Shown here one piece after another: positions 49,727 through 59,124 of a stretch of 64,000 nucleotides of DNA. The notes beneath the pieces are model-generated. The model saw only the letters and a list, made by a program, of their open reading frames with translations. It was not told the origin of the DNA and made no database searches. Origin of the DNA: Candidatus Bathyarchaeota archaeon (GTDB lineage: Archaea > Thermoproteota > Bathyarchaeia > 40CM-2-53-6); contig CAVSBL010000002.1 of the NCBI GenBank assembly GCA_963726255.1, forward strand, positions 2,016,001-2,080,000, in the 5' to 3' direction. Made by a program: the position numbers and the translations under genes. Within the stretch, counting starts at the first letter, position 1, and the number at the start of each line of letters is the position of its first letter.

Positions 49727-49825
49727 GTTTGCGCATCCACCCTTAAGGTACAGAAATGTGCAACAAAGTCTTAAATTCTGCTATAACGTTTCCAAGCGTC
49801 ATCATTCCACAGGAAACTCTGTCCC

Positions 49826-51187
49826 ATGCCGAAGACCATAGTTGACAAGGAACACGCCGTATACTTACCCCAAGATGAGATGCCAACCCATTGGTACAAC
49901 ATACTAGCCGACCTGCCCGAGCCCCTTCCTCCGCCGCTCGACCCGCGCACTGTCAAGCCAGTCTCCCCTGAGCCGCTGTTGAGGCTCTTCGCGAAGGAGC
50001 TTATCATGCAGGAGGTTTCGGGAGAGAGGTTCATCAAAATCCCGGACGAAGTTTACGATGCTTACCTCCGCCTGCCGCGCCCCACACCTGTGCTCAGAGC
50101 GAGACGGCTCGAAAAGTACCTGAATACGCCTGCCCAAATCTACTACAAATGCGAATACGTGAACCCGACCGGGAGCCACAAGCCGAACACAGCGATTGCG
50201 CAAGCCTACTACAACATGGCCCAAGGTACTGAGCGCGTAGTGACTGAAACGGGTGCTGGGCAATGGGGCTCAGCCTTGGCGATGGCGGCAGCGATTTTCG
50301 GAATGAAGTGCAGTGTCTACATGGTTCGCGCAAGTTACGATCAGAAACCTGGCAGAAGGATCATGATGGAAGCCTTCGGCGCTGACGTAACAGCCTCTCC
50401 AAGCAAGAAGACCAAGTTCGGCCAAGGCCTCCTCGAATCTGACCCCAACAACACCGGGTCCCTTGGTATTGCCATAAGCGAGGCAATCGAAGACTGCGTC
50501 AGCCACGATGATACCAAGTACTGTCTCGGCTCCGTGCTGAACCACGTACTCCTACACCAGACAATAATCGGCGAAGAAACAAAGAAACAATTCGAAATGA
50601 TTGATGTACAGCCGGACGTGATCTGCGGTTGTATTGGCGGTGGGTCAAACTTCGCTGGCTTCGCCTACCCATTCATGGCGGATAAGCTGAAAGGAAAGTC
50701 AACTGTTGAATTCGTGGCCTGCGAACCCAAGGCCGTACCTTCAACAACCCGTGGAACTTACACATACGACTTCGGCGACGCGGCGGAAATGACTCCGCTC
50801 CTGAAGATGTACACGATTGGGCACAAGTATAAGCCACCGCCCATCCACGCGGGCGGGCTTCGGTATCACGGCAAAGCCCCCTCCCTCTCCCTCCTCATCA
50901 ACAAGGGTTACATCAAATCGGTCGCCTACTCACAAACAGAAGTTTTCGAAGCAGCGAGCATACTGGCGAAGACCGAGGGCATGATAACTGCCCCCGAAAC
51001 CGCGCACATCGTCAAGTATGCAATAGACGAGGCGTTGCGGTGCAAGAAAACTGGCGAGAAGAAGATTATCGCCTTCAACAACTGCGGCCACGGCCTGCTA
51101 GATCTACAGGCGTATGATGCATACTTCAACAGCAAGCTAGTTGACTATGAGCCAACGAACATCGAGGTTCCAAAACTAGTTCAATAA
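49826..51187 (+). CDS. trpB2: TrpB2-type tryptophan synthase beta-like PLP enzyme
   Basis: PTHWYNI, GSHKPNTA, ETGAGQWG, GGGSN, IHAGGLRYHG. Confidence 0.95.
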   Translation: MPKTIVDKEHAVYLPQDEMPTHWYNILADLPEPLPPPLDPRTVKPVSPEPLLRLFAKELIMQEVSGERFIKIPDEVYDAYLRLPRPTPVLRARRLEKYLNTPAQIYYKCEYVNPTGSHKPNTAIAQAYYNMAQGTERVVTETGAGQWGSALAMAAAIFGMKCSVYMVRASYDQKPGRRIMMEAFGADVTASPSKKTKFGQGLLESDPNNTGSLGIAISEAIEDCVSHDDTKYCLGSVLNHVLLHQTIIGEETKKQFEMIDVQPDVICGCIGGGSNFAGFAYPFMADKLKGKSTVEFVACEPKAVPSTTRGTYTYDFGDAAEMTPLLKMYTIGHKYKPPPIHAGGLRYHGKAPSLSLLINKGYIKSVAYSQTEVFEAASILAKTEGMITAPETAHIVKYAIDEALRCKKTGEKKIIAFNNCGHGLLDLQAYDAYFNSKLVDYEPTNIEVPKLVQ

Positions 51188-51295
51188 TCCATTCCTCTCC
51201 TCTCCGCACTTAACGCGGAGTTTCCGAAAACCTTTAGACGCCATCGGCTTACATTGATTCCAGATTTTACGCCAAACCCTTGGAGGCTGCAAGCT

Positions 51296-52201
51296 ATGCT
51301 AGGAGACATCGACACCCTACTCGCCCTAGGGATCGTTGCCGCGGTCTCCCTAAACGCGCTAACAAGCCTCTACGTTGTGCGACGTCTTCAACCAGCTCCC
51401 CCAAAGGCCTCTGCAGAAGAACAAGAAGACGAGCAGGAAGACGAAGAGAATGCTCAACCTGGTGTCCCAACCAGAGAGGAAATCCTCGCCCGCAGAGCAC
51501 AATTAATTCGCGAACTCGAACAAGAGCGTGGAAGTAGAGTTCTTCAGCTGATTCACCGAAAAGAACCTTGGAGCGCGAGTGATGAAGATCCAGAAATAGT
51601 GCTCGAAGACTCCGAGGTCATTCTTCAACAAGTTAGAGAAACGCCACGGGACAAACCGATAGACTTCATCATTCACACGGAGGGGGGACTCGCCTTCGCC
51701 GCCGACCTGATCGCGATGGCCCTAAAGTACCACCCCGCCAAGGTTACGGTCATGGTCCCCTTCTACGCCATGTCAGACGGCACGTACATCGTGCTCGCCG
51801 CCGACGAAATCATGATGCAGAAATGCAGCATCCTCGCCCCCTGCGAGCCGATCGTAGACGACATGCAGGCCAACTTGATTATGGGAATTCTAAAACGCAA
51901 ACCAGTCGAAACAATATCGGATGGCACGATCCTGCTCGCTGAAGCCGCCCGCATGGAAACAGACAACGCGAGAGAATTCGTGAAATGGCTCCTGTCGGAC
52001 AAGATGAATGAAGACCAATCCGCCCAAGTCGCCAACTTCCTAACCGGCGGATTCATGGCGAGCAGCACACCCATTACCCTAGACGTCGCCCGTGCCATAG
52101 GCCTCAACGTAGTGGAAGGCGTCCCTGAAAAAGTGATGCAACTCTTCGAAACGATCGAGTTCGGCGGCGGCAAGGTAAACCTCGGTAAACAATACCGTTG
52201 A
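51296..52201 (+). CDS. SDH_sah/ClpP-class membrane-anchored protease homolog with degenerate active site
   Basis: IIHTEGG, AMSDGT, LAPCEP, FMASSTPI; N-terminal TM plus acidic linker; ATG at 51296 after GGAGG. Confidence 0.85.
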   Translation: MLGDIDTLLALGIVAAVSLNALTSLYVVRRLQPAPPKASAEEQEDEQEDEENAQPGVPTREEILARRAQLIRELEQERGSRVLQLIHRKEPWSASDEDPEIVLEDSEVILQQVRETPRDKPIDFIIHTEGGLAFAADLIAMALKYHPAKVTVMVPFYAMSDGTYIVLAADEIMMQKCSILAPCEPIVDDMQANLIMGILKRKPVETISDGTILLAEAARMETDNAREFVKWLLSDKMNEDQSAQVANFLTGGFMASSTPITLDVARAIGLNVVEGVPEKVMQLFETIEFGGGKVNLGKQYR

Positions 52202-52213
52202 CGTGAAACTGAG

Positions 52214-53137
52214 TTGGATATTTCCGAACTTTTTCTGGGATTCGGGCTAATTGCCGTATCTGCTCTCAACTCTGCCGCAGTAATCTACCTCGTCCGGCAA
52301 GCAAAGGGGACGACAAGGGAGAGAGAAGGCCCGAAGGAAGACCAAGAAGACACTGGCGAAGAGGAAGCGCAAAACGATGCCACTCCCGAGCTCGAACGAC
52401 CAACCACCAAAGCGGAAATTCTTGCCTGGCGGCAAAGGATAATCGAAGGATTGGAACGCGAGCGTGGTACGAAAGTCATAACGATGATTCACAAGAAAGA
52501 ACTATGGACTGAGCCTGGGGAGGACCCTGAAATTGGGATCGAAGACACCGTGAAAGTCTTGATGGAGATTCAAAAAACTCCTCCGAACAAGCCGATTGAC
52601 ATGATTATCCATACACCCGGCGGATACGCCGTCGCTGCCCAAATGATGGCAATGGCTATCAAATTTCACCCCGCCAAGGTCACCGTCATGGTCCCATTCT
52701 ACGCTATGTCGGGCGGTTCGCTCATGAGCTTGGCCGCGGGTGAAATTCGTATGGAGAAATACAGCGTGCTGGGGCCTGTGGATCCGCAGATTCCTACCCC
52801 TGGCGGCATGCACCCAGCGGGCGCCTTGGCTACTCTCATGAAGACGAAGCCGATTCAAACAATCAGTGACAGAATGGTCATTCTGGCGGAGTCTGGAAAA
52901 CTAGAGATAGAGAATGCCAAAGCGTTCGTAATGTGGCTCTTGGAAGGAAAGATGGATGAACAGCAGGCTGAACGTGTTGCAGATTTCCTAGCGCGCGGTT
53001 ACATGTCTCACGCGACCCCGATCACGCTTGACGTGGCGCGCACGTTAGGGCTTAATGTTGTTGAAGGCGTACCCGACAAGGTCTATGAACTATTCAAAAC
53101 GTTCGCGTTCACTGGGCAATCGTACAAAGGCCACTGA
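52214..53137 (+). CDS. SDH_sah/ClpP-class membrane-anchored serine protease
   Basis: IIHTPGG, AMSGGS, LGPVDPQ, YMSHATPI; N-terminal TM plus acidic linker. Confidence 0.9.
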   Translation: MDISELFLGFGLIAVSALNSAAVIYLVRQAKGTTREREGPKEDQEDTGEEEAQNDATPELERPTTKAEILAWRQRIIEGLERERGTKVITMIHKKELWTEPGEDPEIGIEDTVKVLMEIQKTPPNKPIDMIIHTPGGYAVAAQMMAMAIKFHPAKVTVMVPFYAMSGGSLMSLAAGEIRMEKYSVLGPVDPQIPTPGGMHPAGALATLMKTKPIQTISDRMVILAESGKLEIENAKAFVMWLLEGKMDEQQAERVADFLARGYMSHATPITLDVARTLGLNVVEGVPDKVYELFKTFAFTGQSYKGH

Positions 53138-53194
53138 TTTTCGAATTTGCGGTTAGAGCCCAAGTAAGAAAACGCATAACCCGCGTCTGAGGCG

Positions 53195-53521
53195 TTAGGA
53201 AGCCATCTTCCCTATTACCTTCCTTAGCTCAGACCGGCTCTTTACCCCCGTCAACCGGTCCCATTCCTTTCCGTTCCTGATCAAGACGAGTGTGGGTATG
53301 CTTCTGATGTTGAATTGGGCTGCTAAGTCTCGGTTATTCTCAACATCGACTTTTGCAAAGATAACCTGTTCGGCGAACTCCTTGGCAAGGGCCCTAAGTA
53401 TCGGTGCCATCACGTGACACGGCCCACACCATCCCGCCCAGAAATCCACAACAACTGGTTTTCCACTCTTCAAAAGTTCCGGTAGGTTTCCAATGGTGGC
53501 CTGAACGATCCGTCCGCCCAT
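53195..53521 (-). CDS. trxA: Thioredoxin
   Basis: VDFWAGWCGPC, SIPT. Confidence 0.95.
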   Translation of the reverse strand: MGGRIVQATIGNLPELLKSGKPVVVDFWAGWCGPCHVMAPILRALAKEFAEQVIFAKVDVENNRDLAAQFNIRSIPTLVLIRNGKEWDRLTGVKSRSELRKVIGKMAS

Positions 53522-53558
53522 GCTGGGACCCTGCGCGTGTTCTATTCATCGAACGCTT

Positions 53559-53993
53559 TTACTTGGACTTGGGGGAGGCAGTGTATTCCCGCTCCTCCCA
53601 CATGTCGTAGGCGGTTGCAACGGAAGCGACTTGAGTGATTATTGCCAGTGCTGTCACGAGGTGAAGGAACGAGATCACTGAGACTAGGGGAACGTTCACG
53701 CTGAGTCTGAGGTTCGCGTAGAGAATGGCCCCGAGAATTATCTGAAATGTCGCTAGAATGGCAGTCGACTTGACAATCCGCTTAAGCCGAACGGGAGCGT
53801 GGGTCTTCTTGATCTGAGCATTGTCGTAATGGGCCAACGCCAGAATGGCCAGACCTAGTACCACGTGCGCGTCTACGAGGTATATGGTGAAACGCGGGAG
53901 GGTGATGATGATTATCTGAAGGAAGGCAAGCCAAACGATTGCGTAGAGTTGTTTCCAAATGCTCATTGCGAATTCTCCGCGTTCACGCGACAT
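53559..53993 (-). CDS. Four-TM membrane protein with intramembrane histidines
   Basis: DAHVVLG, AHYD, FLHLV; realistic start at 53993 or 53966 rather than 54200. Confidence 0.7.
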   Translation of the reverse strand: MSRERGEFAMSIWKQLYAIVWLAFLQIIIITLPRFTIYLVDAHVVLGLAILALAHYDNAQIKKTHAPVRLKRIVKSTAILATFQIILGAILYANLRLSVNVPLVSVISFLHLVTALAIITQVASVATAYDMWEEREYTASPKSK

Positions 53994-54067
53994 TGCGTCC
54001 TCTAAAGAGTTCCCCCCAGTTCTCAGCCTCGGCCATAATCGTCTCTCTTGCGCGACGGCGAAGCTGG

Positions 54068-54082
54068 TTCTACTTAGTAGAA
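54068..54082. promoter_or_regulatory. Palindromic operator copy 3 (perfect TTCTAC-TTA-GTAGAA)
   Basis: Perfect 6-3-6 inverted repeat in a divergent promoter region. Confidence 0.65.
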
Positions 54083-54130
54083 AATGACTCCAAGATTCAT
54101 ATCCTCTCCTGGTAATGGATTGGTCTTGAT

Positions 54131-54535
54131 GTGATAGGCATGAGTCAGGGTACCGGTACATCAGTTGTGAAAACTGGATTCTTGGATTTGGCCGCAGCAT
54201 TTTTCGTTATAGGCGGAGTCATCAGCCTCATAGTTAGCGTTCTTGCGCTTCCGATATTCAGCGTCTACCCATTCATCCTCGTTACGTTCGGGTTGGTGTT
54301 CGCGGTAATCTTCGTCGTCGGCCTGATTTGCTCCCTGGTAGCTATCCATTGCTATAGCCTCACCACCAGGCGGCTGCTTTCGCAGGCAGGAATGAGAGGA
54401 ATAATCTCCGGCGCAATTCTTCTAACCTTAAACTTAGGCCTGATTGGAATGACGCACGAGCTGACCACTGAAGTGGGCGCCGTAAGCGCGATAATCATCC
54501 TGATTGCTGGGGCCGTTTGTTTCGTACTACGGTAG
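54131..54535 (+). CDS. Four-TM membrane protein with C-x5-H-C motif (paralog of 43130..43588)
   Basis: GFLDLAAAFFVIGG...ICSLVAIHCYSLTTRRLLSQAG. Confidence 0.8.
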   Translation: MIGMSQGTGTSVVKTGFLDLAAAFFVIGGVISLIVSVLALPIFSVYPFILVTFGLVFAVIFVVGLICSLVAIHCYSLTTRRLLSQAGMRGIISGAILLTLNLGLIGMTHELTTEVGAVSAIIILIAGAVCFVLR

Positions 54536-54648
54536 CAACTCAATCTGAAGGCCGGTCAAGGTCAACTGTAAGGAATATACTTTACAAGCAGTAAAAGCGC
54601 GCTGCATAAGTCGCATGCGAAGCATGGAGTGTTTCGGTTGTCTACTCC

Positions 54649-55512
54649 ATGGAATTTACTTCGAAGGAATTGCAGCCAGTCCTCAATGAGATGCTCGTTC
54701 ACGCAACTACCCAACTTCCGGCCGATATTTTGGGGGCTATCAAAGAGGCGCATGCCCACGAGACAAAGGACCTTGCGAAGAAGCAGCTCGAAGCTATACT
54801 CACCAGCGCCGGCCTGAGTGATGAGAAAGGGCTTCCATTGTGCCAGGACACGGGCTTGGTAACTCTGTTCGTGTCTGGCGAACTTGTCAATCACCTCGGG
54901 GAAGTTGAGAAAGCCCTTGCACACGTAGCTCAAGGCCTAACCGCGAAGGGCGCTATGAGGGCTAATGTCGTCCATCCTCTCACACGCAAGAATACCGGGA
55001 CAAACACCGGACTGAGCCAACCCGAAGTCCTGATTGATAAATCGACGGACAAAACTCAAATGAAGATGATTCTGAAGGGCGCCGGTTCAGAGAATTTCAC
55101 CAACCTCAAAATGATGGTTCCAACTGCGAGCAGGCAAGACATGCTCAAGCACATCCTTCAGGTATTGATTGAGGCGGGAGGAAAAACATGCCCACCGAAC
55201 ATTCTCGGAATTGGGATCGGTGGTTCAGCGATTCAGGCCATGTTCAACTCGAAACGTGCTCTACTTAGGGAGATTGGCTCGCGCCACCCGGACCCCGATG
55301 TCGCCCAGTTCGAGACTTCAATTCTGAAGGCAGGTAATGAACTTGGAATTGGGACAATGGGATTGGGTGGGGACACGACTTTGCTCGACGTTCACATTGA
55401 AACCGCTGGGACGCATACCGCATGCTTACCCATCGCGATTTCATTCGGTTGCTGGGCGAATAGGGTAGCTGCCGCGGAGCTGAAGGGACAACGCTTCAGG
55501 ATGGTAAGGTGA
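54649..55512 (+). CDS. Class I fumarate hydratase/tartrate dehydratase alpha subunit
   Basis: PLCQDTG, KGAGSEN, CPP, GTMGLGG, HTACLP, CWANR. Confidence 0.92.
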   Translation: MEFTSKELQPVLNEMLVHATTQLPADILGAIKEAHAHETKDLAKKQLEAILTSAGLSDEKGLPLCQDTGLVTLFVSGELVNHLGEVEKALAHVAQGLTAKGAMRANVVHPLTRKNTGTNTGLSQPEVLIDKSTDKTQMKMILKGAGSENFTNLKMMVPTASRQDMLKHILQVLIEAGGKTCPPNILGIGIGGSAIQAMFNSKRALLREIGSRHPDPDVAQFETSILKAGNELGIGTMGLGGDTTLLDVHIETAGTHTACLPIAISFGCWANRVAAAELKGQRFRMVR

Positions 55513-55518
55513 TGTGGA

Positions 55519-56097
55519 ATGACTGATTTCAAACTCAACGTTCCACAAGACAATGCTCGAATAACGGAGGTCCGCGTGGGCGACGTCCTTTACGTGACCG
55601 GCGATATTGCCATAGCCCGAGACCAAGCGCACAAGAAACTCCTCGAAACATTCATCCCAGAAGTGGCTGGTCTCCCAATATTTCATTGCGGACCAATCGC
55701 CCGCAAGGTTGGCGAGGAATGGAAAATTGTGGCAGGCGGCCCAACAACAAGCACACGAATGGACGCACTCACACCCCCCATCCTAGAGAAGTACGGGACC
55801 AAGGTGGTCATCGGCAAAGGGGGCCTGGGAGAAATCGGAAAGAAGGGCCTAGCCAATTTTGGTGCCGTATACTCAGAGTTCACCGGCGGCGCTTCCGCGC
55901 TGGCTGTGTCAAAGATTGTCCGCGTGAAGAAAAGGCTGCTCGAGGAGCTAGGGCCTACGGAGCTTGTATGGATATGGGAAGTGAAAGATTTCGGGCCCCT
56001 ACTCGTGACGCAGGACCATCAAGGCGGCGATATCAAGAAGATAGTTACGACGCAAGCAACCTCAAAGCTTGATGCACTTGTAAAGGCATATGCCTAA
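55519..56097 (+). CDS. Class I fumarate hydratase/tartrate dehydratase beta subunit
   Basis: ARDQAHK, HCGP, GPTTSTRM, IGKGG, FGPLLV. Confidence 0.92.
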   Translation: MTDFKLNVPQDNARITEVRVGDVLYVTGDIAIARDQAHKKLLETFIPEVAGLPIFHCGPIARKVGEEWKIVAGGPTTSTRMDALTPPILEKYGTKVVIGKGGLGEIGKKGLANFGAVYSEFTGGASALAVSKIVRVKKRLLEELGPTELVWIWEVKDFGPLLVTQDHQGGDIKKIVTTQATSKLDALVKAYA

Positions 56098-56117
56098 GCC
56101 CACGTTCCTAGCGGAAA

Positions 56118-56498
56118 TCAAGCCGAAACGAAGTGCAGCAGTAGCGTGAACAGTATGAGGATGAGGCCGATTGCAGCTAGCTGAAAGGCTAGGCTGATAG
56201 ATTTCTCGCGGGTCGTTTGATACTGGTTCATGTCAACGCGTGCGCCAGTATTAGCCTCCCTTATGATCGTTGAATGTTCGCCAATGCCTGCGCCTGAAAG
56301 GCCAGCGATTAGTAAGCAAATTACGGCTTCGGTGAAGGTTAGAACTGCCGCCATCTGAATCCAGTTAGTGGTATTCTTGAATAGCCAATACCCTTGGGCA
56401 GGGCCGAAGAATATCGCGGCGAGAAGGTCGAACACGAACAGTACGAGCGCTGGAAGGATTACTTGCCTAATTCTGGCCATTAACCACGAGAGTATCAA
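56118..56498 (-). CDS. Hypothetical membrane protein
   Basis: Three hydrophobic segments. Confidence 0.6.
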   Translation of the reverse strand: MILSWLMARIRQVILPALVLFVFDLLAAIFFGPAQGYWLFKNTTNWIQMAAVLTFTEAVICLLIAGLSGAGIGEHSTIIREANTGARVDMNQYQTTREKSISLAFQLAAIGLILILFTLLLHFVSA

Positions 56499-56542
56499 AG
56501 TGTACGCAACCCCAAGGGCTTCGGCGGTCGTAGTCTGGTTCC

Positions 56543-56884
56543 CTAGGAAAGAAAAAGCTGTGTTGGTGCAGGTTCGACTAACATTATGAGGCGTTTGCCG
56601 TAGTCCGTTTCGAGCGAGAGGCTGTCATCATCGAAATCTAAGGCATCGATACTGATTCGCTCGGCCTTCAGACTCCTTTCGAGAGCGGGGTTGACAAATA
56701 CTCGCAACCCACCTACCTCGGCCAGGAGCGACACTGGCCAGCCGGGCTCGTTCTCTCTCAGCATAACATTGCTGTTCGAGCAGCAGCTGGTATCGTCGAG
56801 CAAAATGACGAGTCTTTCATGTTCCTTTGAAATTCTTTGCAGCAATGTTGCAGCTGCTGGTGTTAATCGTACCTCGGAGCGCAT
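56543..56884 (-). CDS. DUF779-like protein
   Basis: VRLTPAAATLL, SCC, SLSLET...GKR; lies just downstream of an aldehyde dehydrogenase, as DUF779 often does. Confidence 0.7.
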   Translation of the reverse strand: MRSEVRLTPAAATLLQRISKEHERLVILLDDTSCCSNSNVMLRENEPGWPVSLLAEVGGLRVFVNPALERSLKAERISIDALDFDDDSLSLETDYGKRLIMLVEPAPTQLFLS

Positions 56885-56887
56885 CTT

Positions 56888-58399
56888 TTACTGGGGACCG
56901 TAGACCGTATAATGCCAGGGTTTCCTAACGTCGCCGCTTAGGTCGATGTAAACGTGTTTGACGTCAGTGTAGTCGTCGAACGTGTAGAGGCTCATGTCCT
57001 TGCCGAACCCGCTCTGCTTGTAACCGCCATGTGGCATCTCGCTGACGAGCGGTAGGTGGTCGTTTATCCAGACGCAGCCAAAGCGAAGTTCCGCGGCCGC
57101 CTTCATCGCTTTGAAGATGTCCTTCGTCCAGACCGAGCTTGCTAAGCCGTAGATGATGTCGTTCGATTTCTCAATGGCTTCGCTCATAGTTTTGAATGGT
57201 AGGGCGGTGAGAACCGGGCCGAATATTTCTTGCTGAACGATTCGCATGTCTTGTTTGGCGTCGGCGAATAGGGTGGGCTCGTAGTAGAAGCCCTTGCTGT
57301 TGGGGTTAGGTAGGTTTGGCCGTTTGCCCCCGACCAGTAATTTGGCTTCCTCCTTTACGCCGCTTGCCACCATATCCTCAACTTTGCGCCTCTGCGCGTC
57401 GGAAACGAGTGGGCCGAGGTCGGTTTCCCGTTTTGTTGTGTCGCCCAGTTTGATTTTCTTGATCCGTTCAACGACCAAGTTGAGGAATTTCTGGTAGACC
57501 GTTTCCTGCACGTAAAGCCTAGTTGCCGCGGTGCAATCTTGGCCGCTGTTCACATAGCCTCCCACTACGGCTCCTTCCGCAGCAGCTTCGAGGTCTGCGT
57601 CTTCGAAGACGATGAAGGGTGCCTTCCCGCCTAATTCCAATTGCACTCGCTTCACGCTTCCCGATGCGAGTTCCATGATACGCCGGCCGGTTAGTGTGTC
57701 GCCTGTTAAGCCAACGATATCTACGCCAGGGTGTGTGACTAATGCTTCGCCTAGTATTGCTCCGGGGCCGGTTACAACATTCACGACACCCTTCGGGAAG
57801 CCTGCTTTCTCAGTTAACTTCGCGAACTCTATGGTGGTTAATGGTGTGACGCTGGCTGGTTTTATTACAACCGTGTTGCCCGCAGCGAGTGGTGGAATAG
57901 CTTTCCACGCGAGCATCATGAACGGGTAATTCCAAGGTGTGATCGTGGCGACGACGCCGACGGGTTCGCGTCTGATGATACTAGTCGCAACCGCGTTGTA
58001 TTCCGTGCTCGCCCTTCCTTCTAGGCATCTAGCGGCACCAGCAAAGAAACGAATGTTATCGATTGCGAAGGGGAAGTCGCTGTCGCGGCTCAGCTTGATC
58101 GGTTTACCTTGCTGTTGAGTTTCCAATAGTGCGAGGCTGTCAATTTCTTTCTCGATAAGGTCAGCCAATTTCATGATGAGGCCAGCGCGTTCCGCCGGTG
58201 CCATCCGTGGCCAACGGCCTTTATCGAACGCCTCACGCGCCGCATCGACGGCCTTGCCCGCGTCTTTTCCGTCGCCCTTTGGAACTTTGGCGATGACTTC
58301 AGTCGTGGCCGGGTTGATTACATCATATGTCGCTTTACTTTCTGAAGGACCCCATTCGCCGTTGATGAACATCTGGTAAGGATGAACCGTTACTTCCAA
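56888..58399 (-). CDS. NAD-dependent aldehyde dehydrogenase (aminobutyraldehyde/betaine aldehyde-like)
   Basis: ITPWNYP, LELGGKAP, NSGQDCTA, EIFGPV, PHGGYKQSG. Confidence 0.95.
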   Translation of the reverse strand: MEVTVHPYQMFINGEWGPSESKATYDVINPATTEVIAKVPKGDGKDAGKAVDAAREAFDKGRWPRMAPAERAGLIMKLADLIEKEIDSLALLETQQQGKPIKLSRDSDFPFAIDNIRFFAGAARCLEGRASTEYNAVATSIIRREPVGVVATITPWNYPFMMLAWKAIPPLAAGNTVVIKPASVTPLTTIEFAKLTEKAGFPKGVVNVVTGPGAILGEALVTHPGVDIVGLTGDTLTGRRIMELASGSVKRVQLELGGKAPFIVFEDADLEAAAEGAVVGGYVNSGQDCTAATRLYVQETVYQKFLNLVVERIKKIKLGDTTKRETDLGPLVSDAQRRKVEDMVASGVKEEAKLLVGGKRPNLPNPNSKGFYYEPTLFADAKQDMRIVQQEIFGPVLTALPFKTMSEAIEKSNDIIYGLASSVWTKDIFKAMKAAAELRFGCVWINDHLPLVSEMPHGGYKQSGFGKDMSLYTFDDYTDVKHVYIDLSGDVRKPWHYTVYGPQ

Positions 58400-58531
58400 A
58401 AGCTAAACCCGCAAACTATTCGCTTGGTTGTTCATAAAGCCCTTCCGTTTCCCGCTGCAGGCACAATGCTAACCCTCTTATGGGAGAAAACATTGCGTAA
58501 TGGTTCCACACTAGTACCAGAGTAGTTCTTA

Positions 58532-59029
58532 ATGGACCCGGATTTTGAGCGGTTTAGCGTCTACGGCTTTTCAATCGATTACCCAAAGGAGGCCCGCATT
58601 GAATTTAACCCTAAGAGCCGGCGAGGCGAGGGTGACATTGTCTTCCACTTCCCTGATAAGACGAAGATCTACCTTTCGTGGGGCGACCTTGAGAAAGCCA
58701 AGAAGAGTTTCGGGACTGTCGACGAACATGCTGACCACGGCCTTAACAGAGTGAAGACGGCGAGGAACATAAAGAGCTTTGAACTGATTTCCCACGATGC
58801 AGTGGGCATAAACTCGCATCACGGAGCCTACAACCGTGCGAAGTTTGAAGAGGTCGCCGTGGGTTTTCTCGGCGGTAGGAGCAAGAGTCCTCGAGAAGCT
58901 CATTCTATTCACGTACACTGCGAAGAGTCGTCAAGGTATTACGTAGTCTACGCACTGCTGTCAATTGGTGGAACCTACGACTACGCGAAGACGTTTACTA
59001 AAATGGCGAAGACTCTGAAATGCCACTAG
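58532..59029 (+). CDS. Hypothetical protein, possibly PsbP/Mog1-like fold
   Basis: FSVYGFSIDYP start and TFTKMAKTLK end resemble PsbP/DcrB-like proteins. Confidence 0.6.
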   Translation: MDPDFERFSVYGFSIDYPKEARIEFNPKSRRGEGDIVFHFPDKTKIYLSWGDLEKAKKSFGTVDEHADHGLNRVKTARNIKSFELISHDAVGINSHHGAYNRAKFEEVAVGFLGGRSKSPREAHSIHVHCEESSRYYVVYALLSIGGTYDYAKTFTKMAKTLKCH

Positions 59030-59124
59030 TTTACTCGCTGATGCTTACCAGTTCACGTCTGGCCAGACCCGAATAGTACAAATAGCGTAACATAATTCTT
59101 CTCGGTTTCGGCAGGCCACATTTA

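Noticed and set aside
49223-51187. TrpB without TrpA as a novelty
   Set aside because: Stand-alone TrpB2 is well known in archaea.
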